A stretch of DNA of 64,000 nucleotides from the IMG/VR virus record IMGVR_UViG_3300010885_031309; one strand, written 5' to 3'. The position numbers and the translations under genes are program-made. The notes beneath the pieces were generated by a model. That model made no database searches. It saw nothing but the letters and a program-made list of their open reading frames with translations, and was not told the DNA's origin. The stretch comes from a virus (Duplodnaviria > Caudoviricetes). This document shows, one piece after another, positions 56,407 through 64,000 of this stretch; positions within the stretch are counted from its first letter, which is position 1; the number at the start of each line of letters is the position of its first letter.

Positions 56407-56556
56407 ATGAAGCTTGTTGAAGATATTTATAAACAGATTTGGTTCTGGGTTGATGATGCTGATGACAGCATCATTCTTAGCCCACGGTTTGATTATGAGG
56501 CGGACGCACTCTTATGGAAAAATCGTTATGTAAATGATGATGCCGAGCATAAATAA
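56407..56556 (+). CDS. 49-aa small protein (paralog B), not in the ORF track
   Basis: MKLVEDIYKQIWFWVDDADDSIILSPRFDYEADALLWKNRYVNDDAEHK*. Confidence 0.7.
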   Translation: MKLVEDIYKQIWFWVDDADDSIILSPRFDYEADALLWKNRYVNDDAEHK

Positions 56557-56579
56557 ATCAGTACAGTATTACTGATTTT

Positions 56580-58718
56580 ATGAGATATAAAGACTTTTCA
56601 ATCAATCAAATAAATGAGATTCGTATGAATCCACGTGCTTTTGATAAGTTTATCAGAAGCGATGCGTCTAGTAACATCAAATGTGGATTTGAGGCAGAAT
56701 TGTATTTTACAGACATGCCAAATTACGAAGATGATGAACCAGAGCCCGATTACAGTGAGGATGGAAGAGCCAGATCAATAGATAATATTTGTGATTTTTT
56801 TGATGATAGCCGTCGTCTAAGATCAACATTACAACAACGCTACGAAGATTGGCAATCCGATAAAATGGATGAAACATGGAAAAATGAACGAGAGGATCTA
56901 ATCAGACAATATATTGAAGATAACGATTGGGACTGGGATGAAAAAATAACAGAGCATCTTGTAGATTTAGGCTTATCCGAATCAGATGCTGAACATGTAG
57001 TACTTGTATCAAAACTATCAAAAACAGAGCAGAGTGAATTATTCACATATGATGAATCCATTAAGTTGTATAAAGAAGCCAAACAAAATGCAGGAACAGA
57101 ACTTGATGATGAAGTCAATAGTGCTATAAGATTTAGAGATTATAATTACAGAACAGCGTATGATGAGTTTGTTCAAGAGAAAACTGAAGATGGTGATTAC
57201 GACGAAGAATCATTTTTAATTGATATTGGTATTCGCAGATATAGCGATGTTCCGAATGTATTTTCGGAAGTTCAATGGCCATATTTGAACACATCATCAA
57301 CTGAGTTTGATGAAACTACTGGATACTGTTTTCAAGCCGCACAAGAACTGGCATATGATTTACAAACATCAATGATGCCTATTGTAGTTAATGGAAAACA
57401 ATACGCGCCAGAAGCAGTAGCTGGTGAAAGATACAAGAGTGTCAGAAGAAATTACGATACACGTCCTAACTTATGGATCGTAGAACCAGATGGAAGTTTG
57501 ACAGAGCCTGATTATCCAGGCCCGCATATGGGTGCAGAGATTATTGCACCTCCAATACCACTAGACCAAGTAGAAACTGTATATAAAACTTTTTGTGATT
57601 GGGCACAGAAATATTCTGCCTACAGTAAAGAAAGCACTGGATTACATATTAATGTAAGTATTGCTGATATTCCATTTGAACAGATTGATTACTTAAAGTT
57701 GGCTTTACTGCTTGGCGATCAGTATGTTGGTCAACAGTTTGATAGAGAGCTTGCAGATTACTGCTACAGTAGTATGTTAAAAATACGAGACAGTTTTCAG
57801 TTAATGGACATTGAACAACTGATGATTGACTTGAGACACAATCTACAAGATAATGCAGAAAAAATATTAAGACGTAAGACTGGCGCGGAAAAAAGATCCA
57901 GTATTCATCTTAAAGATGCATGGAATGCTATTGAATTTCGTGCAGCGGGTGGGGAAAAATACTTCAAAGAAGAAAATTTACCATTGGTATTAAACACTAT
58001 AAAAAGATTTGCATATACTACTTATATTGCTTCAAATTCAGCGTTAGAGAAAAATACATACGCGAAAAAATTAATATCACTGCTTTCATCCATATTGGTT
58101 GGTCGTAAATCTGTTACGAAATATTACGATCCAACATTGCCAGACAACGCAAAACAGCCAACAGTATTTGTTGATAAACCACAGCGCGGATTTAGACAGA
58201 TAACTGTTTCTCCTGAGTACAGTAAAGATCTTATTAATATTTTTACCCGTTATGCAATCGGTGATTTGCCACAAGCTGCACTAAAGAGTTTTATTAAACA
58301 GGCTCAACTACAGCGCAGTTTATCAGCAGATAAAAAATATTGGTGGAAGGTTGAATTTAATTCCTCTTCTATAGAAGTTGTTGCCAGCAGTGAACAGGAA
58401 GCAAAAAACAATGCACGGGCGGAATACGGTTGGAGAGCTTCAGATGTGAGAGATCTTCAAATGAAGGCAACAGTGCTGCGTCCATACGAAGATGAGAGTG
58501 GTATAACACTATCTACTACTGGTGGAGGAGGAATTCTCCCAGCAGAAGATGACAACGGAAATTGGGAAGTATACAATCGTAATAATAATATTACAGTGTA
58601 TAGATTTCAGGCCGATGATCAATCTGATGCACGGCGTGTAGCACAGTTATGGGCATTCAGGAATAATATGACACCTAATTTAGTCAATAATTATTCTGTC
58701 AGAGCATCCTCTACTTAA
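56580..58718 (+). CDS. second putative amidoligase with acidic insert and small C-terminal domains
   Basis: CGFEAEL, VEPDGSL, AEIIAPP, TGLHINVS, KLALLLGDQYV, IEFRAAG; MRYKDFSINQINE leader. Confidence 0.85.
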   Translation: MRYKDFSINQINEIRMNPRAFDKFIRSDASSNIKCGFEAELYFTDMPNYEDDEPEPDYSEDGRARSIDNICDFFDDSRRLRSTLQQRYEDWQSDKMDETWKNEREDLIRQYIEDNDWDWDEKITEHLVDLGLSESDAEHVVLVSKLSKTEQSELFTYDESIKLYKEAKQNAGTELDDEVNSAIRFRDYNYRTAYDEFVQEKTEDGDYDEESFLIDIGIRRYSDVPNVFSEVQWPYLNTSSTEFDETTGYCFQAAQELAYDLQTSMMPIVVNGKQYAPEAVAGERYKSVRRNYDTRPNLWIVEPDGSLTEPDYPGPHMGAEIIAPPIPLDQVETVYKTFCDWAQKYSAYSKESTGLHINVSIADIPFEQIDYLKLALLLGDQYVGQQFDRELADYCYSSMLKIRDSFQLMDIEQLMIDLRHNLQDNAEKILRRKTGAEKRSSIHLKDAWNAIEFRAAGGEKYFKEENLPLVLNTIKRFAYTTYIASNSALEKNTYAKKLISLLSSILVGRKSVTKYYDPTLPDNAKQPTVFVDKPQRGFRQITVSPEYSKDLINIFTRYAIGDLPQAALKSFIKQAQLQRSLSADKKYWWKVEFNSSSIEVVASSEQEAKNNARAEYGWRASDVRDLQMKATVLRPYEDESGITLSTTGGGGILPAEDDNGNWEVYNRNNNITVYRFQADDQSDARRVAQLWAFRNNMTPNLVNNYSVRASST

Positions 58719-58762
58719 CAAGCGTATCTAGTACATTTTTCAATAAATCCATAAATAAGTGT

Positions 58763-59167
58763 ATGAAGCACTTGAAGTGGACAATAACACTACTGCTACT
58801 AGTAGTATCAGAATTGATTTTTGCTCAAGAGTGGATTCCTATAGTCAAAACAGACAAGTCCTCTTTCTATATTTTAGAACAGTCTTTAAGAATTAATAAA
58901 ATTCAACAAGACAACGAGTATATATTTATGGTATTGGGCAAGCATGCGACCGAGTCTACTGCTGACACAGAAGTAAATGCATGGATTGTTACTGCAGGCG
59001 ACTGTTTGAAAAAACAGGGTACTTTTTATATGGCTGACAAAAACGGGAAAATAGTGCTAAAAACCGAGTTTAGCTTTGCTTCAAATACAATCAGTTCAAT
59101 CATTTCTAAGATTATTTGCACAACTGCACTAGATGTGCTAACGAAACCAAATTCAGTTGGAATTTAA
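58763..59167 (+). CDS. exported protein with signal peptide
   Basis: MKHLKWTITLLLLVVSELIFA|QEW; CATAAATA at 58750. Confidence 0.7.
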   Translation: MKHLKWTITLLLLVVSELIFAQEWIPIVKTDKSSFYILEQSLRINKIQQDNEYIFMVLGKHATESTADTEVNAWIVTAGDCLKKQGTFYMADKNGKIVLKTEFSFASNTISSIISKIICTTALDVLTKPNSVGI

Positions 59168-59229
59168 TATTCCAATATCTATTGATATTTAATTGTAATT
59201 AGTTTATAGTTTACTTTTACAGGTGAATT

Positions 59230-59439
59230 ATGAACATGGAACTACGTTGGATTAAACGAAAAACCGGCAATCAATTGATGAATGATCATGGATTTTACTA
59301 TGATGAAACGGTAAAAGTTCTTCAATTTCGGATCTATTATGACAAAACCATATATGGTGGTATGGGTCCACATGGAGATTTTCTAAAACAAATGGTGTGG
59401 TCAGAATGGACCGATGTCAGAGAGGTTGACGAAGAATGA
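59230..59439 (+). CDS. hypothetical protein
   Basis: 69-aa ORF, AGGTG RBS. Confidence 0.6.
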   Translation: MNMELRWIKRKTGNQLMNDHGFYYDETVKVLQFRIYYDKTIYGGMGPHGDFLKQMVWSEWTDVREVDEE

Positions 59440-59735
59440 TTAACTTTAACTTAGTACTACATAATATGTGGTGCAAAGAAGACTTTAAGAGCATCTGGGA
59501 TAAAAGTGGTAGTTTTACTAAACATAAGCACTGGGAATTGCAACTTACTAGATATAAACCAGAATACATCGGGCTCAGTGTTGATACACGCTGGCGAGGA
59601 CATGATCATGCGGGAATTTCGGTTGAATTGATCTTGCTAGGATATCATTTTGATGCTAGACTATATGATAGTAGACATTGGGACTACACAAACAATTGTT
59701 GGATGACTTACACAGAAGAGGAGAAAACATGCTGA
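59436..59735 (+). CDS. hypothetical protein
   Basis: 99-aa ORF, ATGA-coupled. Confidence 0.6.
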   Translation: MINFNLVLHNMWCKEDFKSIWDKSGSFTKHKHWELQLTRYKPEYIGLSVDTRWRGHDHAGISVELILLGYHFDARLYDSRHWDYTNNCWMTYTEEEKTC

Positions 59736-60244
59736 CACTAAAAGATTTCATGGAAACTGTTAACTATCGTATTACTGAAGGCAGTGATTACTGTTGGAGT
59801 TGTTATGGATACAATGCGTATACGCTAGGTAGCTGGAACGGTGATAGTGACACTGGATATAGCGTTGATATTGTGTTTGATACTGTAACGCAAACGGTCT
59901 ACGAAATGAACGTTAGTGATTACAAAAATCAACGAGCTTATCGTTGGATTAATTCCGACTTCCGTGAAAAGTTTCAAACTGAATCAAAAGAACGATATGT
60001 TGACGCAAATCAAGCTTGGGACAATGTTACTTATATTGACTTAGAAACTGAGAAAGATATGCTAGAAAAAACTCGTGCTATTGTTGCTGGTGAAGATTAT
60101 GATACTCGGGTAGAAGTCCCGATAGAGTTGGATGATGAAGTTATTCTTAATGCTGCACTAGAGGCACACAAGCAAGATATTACACTCAATCAATACATTG
60201 AGCGTATTCTTCGTAATATGATTGAGTCCGAGAAACAAAAATGA
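59729..60244 (+). CDS. hypothetical protein with C-terminal HicB/RHH-like segment
   Basis: GAGGAG RBS before ATG 59729; EAHKQDITLNQYIERIL. Confidence 0.65.
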   Translation: MLTLKDFMETVNYRITEGSDYCWSCYGYNAYTLGSWNGDSDTGYSVDIVFDTVTQTVYEMNVSDYKNQRAYRWINSDFREKFQTESKERYVDANQAWDNVTYIDLETEKDMLEKTRAIVAGEDYDTRVEVPIELDDEVILNAALEAHKQDITLNQYIERILRNMIESEKQK

Positions 60245-60471
60245 ACAAGCTTGTTGTATCCAAACTTATCAATAATGCTGGGTTTAGTCATACTTATGAA
60301 GCAGATCGCTTACAATTATTGGTTCAATTAACTCTAGAAGAGTGCATTAAGCAATTGAATAGTCTTCAATATAGTCAGGCAGTGAATAATCAAAATCATT
60401 CAAATCAGTGGCACGATGGAGTAGATAGCAGCATTCAAGCACTAACAGAATATTTTGAGGTCAACAAATGA
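60241..60471 (+). CDS. hypothetical protein
   Basis: 76-aa ORF, coupled. Confidence 0.6.
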   Translation: MNKLVVSKLINNAGFSHTYEADRLQLLVQLTLEECIKQLNSLQYSQAVNNQNHSNQWHDGVDSSIQALTEYFEVNK

Positions 60472-60707
60472 GTAATTATGCTACGTATTTTTCCGAGAAC
60501 AGATATAAATCAACCTATCATTTGGGTGATCGTGTTCGTGGACGATGGAATGGAATTCCATTTAGTGGAACAGTACAGATTGATACATTAGTTGATGAAT
60601 ATGATGGCCCGTATGTGATTGTGTATAGTGATCTTCCAATCAAAGACAGTAACAATATCATTCACACTATGATCAAGGTCAAGCCAGACACTATTAACCG
60701 TATCTGA
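60468..60707 (+). CDS. small SH3-like/beta-barrel hypothetical protein
   Basis: YHLGDRVRGRWNGIPFSGTV. Confidence 0.55.
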   Translation: MSNYATYFSENRYKSTYHLGDRVRGRWNGIPFSGTVQIDTLVDEYDGPYVIVYSDLPIKDSNNIIHTMIKVKPDTINRI

Positions 60708-60713
60708 AATTAT

Positions 60714-61157
60714 ATGACGCTGATAGCAAAACCCTTAGTAAAAAACAAGCTTTGGATTGTGGTAAATGGACAATTAAAAGTTGGAAATGTAAAAGCAGAA
60801 GAAGACGGCTATGTAGTAAATATTGGAAAAAATTACAATAAGTTTTCCAGCACTGACAGCATTGAAGAATTTGCCAAGATTGAGTTTGAACGGCCAAGCA
60901 AAACATCAAAATTAAAAAATCCACTGTATAGTTATTGGCCAACGAATGACAAAACGCACAATGATATGTTTGATATCAAGCGAAAAATTCATTTGTACAC
61001 TAAAACTCAGCACAGTAAATCATACTATGCCAGTGGTTGGTATAAGATAAAGGTAAATAATCACTGGCATTCTTATTTTTGCCCAAAGTATATTTTAATT
61101 CAACGATACTCTTATGTGGGCCCCTTTATGACAAAGGAACAGGCCGACAATGCATAA
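60714..61157 (+). CDS. conserved hypothetical protein
   Basis: 147 aa; FCPKYILIQRYSYVGPF. Confidence 0.7.
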   Translation: MTLIAKPLVKNKLWIVVNGQLKVGNVKAEEDGYVVNIGKNYNKFSSTDSIEEFAKIEFERPSKTSKLKNPLYSYWPTNDKTHNDMFDIKRKIHLYTKTQHSKSYYASGWYKIKVNNHWHSYFCPKYILIQRYSYVGPFMTKEQADNA

Positions 61158-61165
61158 ATACATGC

Positions 61166-61372
61166 ATGGTAAATATTAAAAAATTCTTTGACAAAGTATC
61201 AGTAATGGATGTTAGATCATCCAGAGATTTAATTTTATCTCTGGATGAAGCGCGAATGCTACGCGATGAAATTGCAAAGTTACTAGCAGATAAGGTAGAG
61301 CAACAACGAAATTTCTCATCTAAGTCTTCAAATGAAGTAATTCAAGTTGAGATTATGGGAGGAAAATGGTAA
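61166..61372 (+). CDS. conserved hypothetical protein
   Basis: Start moved to ATG 61166 after CATAAATA (61153). Confidence 0.6.
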   Translation: MVNIKKFFDKVSVMDVRSSRDLILSLDEARMLRDEIAKLLADKVEQQRNFSSKSSNEVIQVEIMGGKW

Positions 61373-61665
61373 TGTCCAGAACTCAACCAAAAATTTTGAT
61401 GGAGATTGTAGATAAGAAAACCTACAAGTGTGACCAGATAGTAGAGGCATCTGGAATTTGGGCCGTATTTCTGGATAATCAGCCAATAAACTTAAAAAAT
61501 CAGCACTATTTGGACAGCAATAGTGTTCCAAAATACAAGAAAACAAGTTTCAGTAATCCAGGACATGCCAGAAATCTATGTAGAAAACTGAATGCACAGT
61601 TCAAAACAAACAGATTTACTGTTGTATTGCTAAATCAAGGAACAAAAATATATCCAGATGAGTGA
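61366..61665 (+). CDS. conserved hypothetical protein
   Basis: KYKKTSFSNPGHARNLCRKLN. Confidence 0.7.
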   Translation: MVMSRTQPKILMEIVDKKTYKCDQIVEASGIWAVFLDNQPINLKNQHYLDSNSVPKYKKTSFSNPGHARNLCRKLNAQFKTNRFTVVLLNQGTKIYPDE

Positions 61666-62047
61666 TTTTGTAAAAAATCGTTCTGCAATAGTAACGGCTA
61701 TTCTTCACATTATAAAACCAGATCACGCCGCCAAGGATATTGAAGATGCTAATCGTCTATGGTGGATAAACTTACGCAGTACTGGTGGTCTAGGGTTGAC
61801 TGATCTTGGATATGATTGCTTTCAACGAGCAGAACTTGAAAGTTATACTTTTCATATACAAAAAACTACTCCCAGCTTGGCTGTATATGGAGTAGAAATA
61901 GATAGAAAGTTGCAGTGTCCCTACTATCTTAGATATATAAAGAAGGATAGATATGTCACTGTATATGACACGCGAATAGCATCAATAATTCAATTACACG
62001 GTGATTTTGCGTCATATATTAATAGCATAAATAATTCTTATGACTGA
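61658..62047 (+). CDS. conserved hypothetical protein
   Basis: WWINLRSTGGLGLTDLG; LQCPYY. Confidence 0.65.
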   Translation: MSDFVKNRSAIVTAILHIIKPDHAAKDIEDANRLWWINLRSTGGLGLTDLGYDCFQRAELESYTFHIQKTTPSLAVYGVEIDRKLQCPYYLRYIKKDRYVTVYDTRIASIIQLHGDFASYINSINNSYD

Positions 62048-62225
62048 TAAAAAACGAAACTCAAATCCATTCATTCGCATGGCTCAGAAAGCAACAGAAG
62101 CGCAACAGTCGCAACAGACACTGGCGAATAAAAATGATCAACTAAAAATGCTAATAAATACAAAAGCTCCAAAGCCAACACCGGGTTTTGGGTCTAGAGT
62201 AGTTAAGAAAACAGGAAGAGCATAA
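62040..62225 (+). CDS. small basic hypothetical protein
   Basis: 61-aa ORF, coupled. Confidence 0.55.
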   Translation: MTDKKRNSNPFIRMAQKATEAQQSQQTLANKNDQLKMLINTKAPKPTPGFGSRVVKKTGRA

Positions 62226-62300
62226 AGAATTTGTTATTCCACTCTTGTTTACAACGCAATATTTTTGTTCTATAATTTTAACACTAACAAAGGAAACAAC

Positions 62301-62492
62301 ATGAAACAACTAATCACAATCGTAGCACTAGCATTTGCCGGCACAGCATTCGCTCAATCTCCCGCTTCAGCACCAGCCAAGGACGCCGCTAAGTCAGCAT
62401 CTGCTGCTTCTGCTCCAGCTAAAAAGGAAGTCAAAAAGGTTGAAAAGAAGTCTGAGACGGCACCTGCTGCTTCTGCTCCAGCTAAGAAGTAA
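62301..62492 (+). CDS. small exported Ala/Pro/Lys-rich protein
   Basis: AAGGA RBS; MKQLITIVALAFAGTAFA| signal; ASAPA repeats. Confidence 0.75.
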   Translation: MKQLITIVALAFAGTAFAQSPASAPAKDAAKSASAASAPAKKEVKKVEKKSETAPAASAPAKK

Positions 62493-62509
62493 ACAATCTT
62501 TACTTCACT

Positions 62510-62542
62510 AAAAAGAGAGACAAATACTGTCTCTCTTTTTTT
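62510..62542. terminator. intrinsic (possibly bidirectional) terminator
   Basis: AAAAAGAGAGACA-AATAC-TGTCTCTCTTTTT. Confidence 0.8.
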
Positions 62543-62601
62543 ATGCATAAATACATTTGACACAACTAATGTTGTCACACACTACACACAGAGGAAAATT
62601 T

Positions 62602-62772
62602 ATGTTAGATATAACAACCATCTTAATGGGATTAAGATCCCTATTCCGATCACCAAGCTACGGTGAAACTCTAGAACAATACATAGTATCCAAACATCCA
62701 AAAGACAGTTCAGACATTGATCGTCTTACTTTGGAATGGCAGCGTAATCAATCACGAGGGCTCATGCTATGA
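62602..62772 (+). CDS. small hypothetical protein (DUF3563-like, tentative)
   Basis: GAGGA RBS; LEQYIVSKHPKDSSDIDRL. Confidence 0.6.
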   Translation: MLDITTILMGLRSLFRSPSYGETLEQYIVSKHPKDSSDIDRLTLEWQRNQSRGLML

Positions 62773-62864
62773 ATACTCTAAGAAATCTATGGAATGCTCT
62801 AATGGACTGGGCAGAAGAAATTAACGAACATCGTCGCAAGAATGGTATTCGTTCTATGTATTAA
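62769..62864 (+). CDS. 31-aa micro-ORF
   Basis: MNTLRNLWNALMDWAEEINEHRRKNGIRSMY*; ATGA overlap. Confidence 0.55.
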   Translation: MNTLRNLWNALMDWAEEINEHRRKNGIRSMY

Positions 62865-62874
62865 GGAGATAAAA

Positions 62875-62949
62875 ATGACACAATGGCAACCAATGACGGA
62901 GGAGGACTGGCAGTGGGTCAATTATGGCACACTGCCCAAAAATAGTTGA
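62875..62949 (+). CDS. 24-aa micro-ORF
   Basis: MTQWQPMTEEDWQWVNYGTLPKNS*; strong AAGGAG RBS. Confidence 0.55.
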   Translation: MTQWQPMTEEDWQWVNYGTLPKNS

Positions 62950-63004
62950 CAACTCTAACACAAAAGTTGTAATATAGACATACACACATTAAAGGAGATA
63001 AATC

Positions 63005-63274
63005 ATGTCTGACTTTCAATTACCAAAGATGCCTGAGATTAAAGCAACAAAATCAGGATATGAAATTCGTGCTCAAATTTTACAGCAAGCACAAGAACTA
63101 GTTGCTCAAGAATTTAAGTTCAAATGGCAAGACTGGGAAATGTCACAACAGCGTGATAAAGATGGAAATCTTATTACCAAGGTTGATATGCCTGCATTTC
63201 CAGGCTTAGAGCAAGTATTGAGTACGGCTGAAAAAATGTATGCATTTGTTACTGCATTCAATAACAAAAAGTAA
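63005..63274 (+). CDS. conserved hypothetical protein
   Basis: AAGGAG RBS; KSGYEIRAQIL...AEKMYAFV. Confidence 0.7.
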   Translation: MSDFQLPKMPEIKATKSGYEIRAQILQQAQELVAQEFKFKWQDWEMSQQRDKDGNLITKVDMPAFPGLEQVLSTAEKMYAFVTAFNNKK

Positions 63275-63306
63275 TTTTTGACTACTTACTAAATACAGGG
63301 GCATTA

Positions 63307-63612
63307 ATGCCCCTAACTTTTATGTTTGAATTATTCTACTCAACACTAAACTGGATCAAAGAAGATTATCGCAGCAATCCGCTTAGATGTGCATTAGAAG
63401 TATTTGCATGGGTTCTAAGCATAAGTTGTAGCATTATTATGATGCTTACAGTTCCACATCCTCCTTTTTTACTGTTATATCCATTGTTCATTATACAGTG
63501 TGGTGTATTTGCTTGGGCGGCATGGTCTCGTCGCAGTAGCGGAATGCTAGCTAATTATGGTTTGTTGGTTACAATTGACACTATCGCGTTAACAAGGCTA
63601 CTGATTATGTAA
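63307..63612 (+). CDS. small integral membrane protein (about 3 TM)
   Basis: Hydrophobic segments; PPFLLLYP, GMLANY. Confidence 0.7.
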   Translation: MPLTFMFELFYSTLNWIKEDYRSNPLRCALEVFAWVLSISCSIIMMLTVPHPPFLLLYPLFIIQCGVFAWAAWSRRSSGMLANYGLLVTIDTIALTRLLIM

Positions 63613-63613
63613 T

Positions 63614-63642
63614 TTGACAAATAATCGGATTAGTGCTATACT
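63614..63642 (+). promoter_or_regulatory. sigma70-like promoter TTGACA-N17-TATACT, plus GATAAATA late motif at 63659
   Basis: Read directly. Confidence 0.7.
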
Positions 63643-63683
63643 GCATTCATAGCTAGATGATAAATAGTTGTTGGAGTATACAC

Positions 63684-63866
63684 ATGAAAATCAATGAAGT
63701 TGTTCAATCCAAAAGTAGGGCTATCTTTGAAAGTCTTAGCTACGATTCGGATCATCCTTTTAGCAAGTCCACGCTGATGGAAATTGCTGATACAGTTTCA
63801 AATAGCGAATTTGAACCAGCGATGACCGCCGAGCAATTCTTTGAATGGTTGGATGGTGTCAAGTGA
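63684..63866 (+). CDS. small acidic protein, possible antitoxin
   Basis: GGAG RBS; MKINEVV leader; C-terminal TAEQFFEWLD. Confidence 0.55.
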   Translation: MKINEVVQSKSRAIFESLSYDSDHPFSKSTLMEIADTVSNSEFEPAMTAEQFFEWLDGVK

Positions 63867-63872
63867 TCGTGG

Positions 63873-64000
63873 ATGCAAATAATACAAAAGAAAACCTTCA
63901 GAAACTCACTGTTATCACATAACACCGACCAAATAAAGTCTAAACTAAAGGACTTCATCTATCACAAGATGAAGCACCCAGCCAACGGGTCTGCGCCTGG
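63873..64000 (+). CDS. 3'-truncated ORF, possible RelE/YafQ-like toxin N-terminus
   Basis: MQIIQKKTFRNSLLSHNTDQIKSKLKDFIYHKMKHPANGSAP... runs off the window. Confidence 0.4.
   Translation, partial: MQIIQKKTFRNSLLSHNTDQIKSKLKDFIYHKMKHPANGSAP

Noticed and set aside
1-64000. CRISPR array, integrase, IS transposase
   Set aside because: No regularly spaced 25-45-bp repeats with unique spacers and no recombinase or transposase motifs were seen; the repeats found are all coding.

Overview
64 kb of an AT-rich jumbo myovirus of the T4 superfamily, almost entirely coding on the + strand, standard genetic code. No rRNA, tRNA, integrase, CRISPR array or reverse transcriptase was seen. Layout: (1) 1-27.9 kb baseplate/tail module (gp25- and gp6-like wedge proteins, a 4705-aa structural protein and two fibre-like proteins carrying Cys-bracketed Ig-like repeats, an S8 protease). 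(2) 27.9-34.7 kb accessory block (ABC-ATPase/GNAT fusion, lipoprotein, a circularly permuted two-piece tmRNA with tag ANNEQFLMAA, PlcP-like phosphoesterase invaded by a homing endonuclease, RimK-like ligase, Agt-like glycosyltransferase). (3) 34.8-46.5 kb run of mostly late-promoter genes whose products mostly start with an M-K/R-x-x-E/D-hydrophobic...(I/L/V)-x-E leader resembling the T4 capsid-targeting sequence and carry enzyme domains (kinases, amidoligase-GGCT, deaminase, ParB-like, Dps), read here as a virion-packaged effector arsenal. (4) 46.5-56 kb replication/repair genes (DsbA-like, family B polymerase fractured into two genes by a naturally split intein with an endonuclease relic between them, clamp, UvsE, HNH, RNase H). 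(5) 56-64 kb second amidoligase and many small genes. Host is probably a diderm proteobacterium (inference). Family assignments are from motif recognition by eye; no database search was run.
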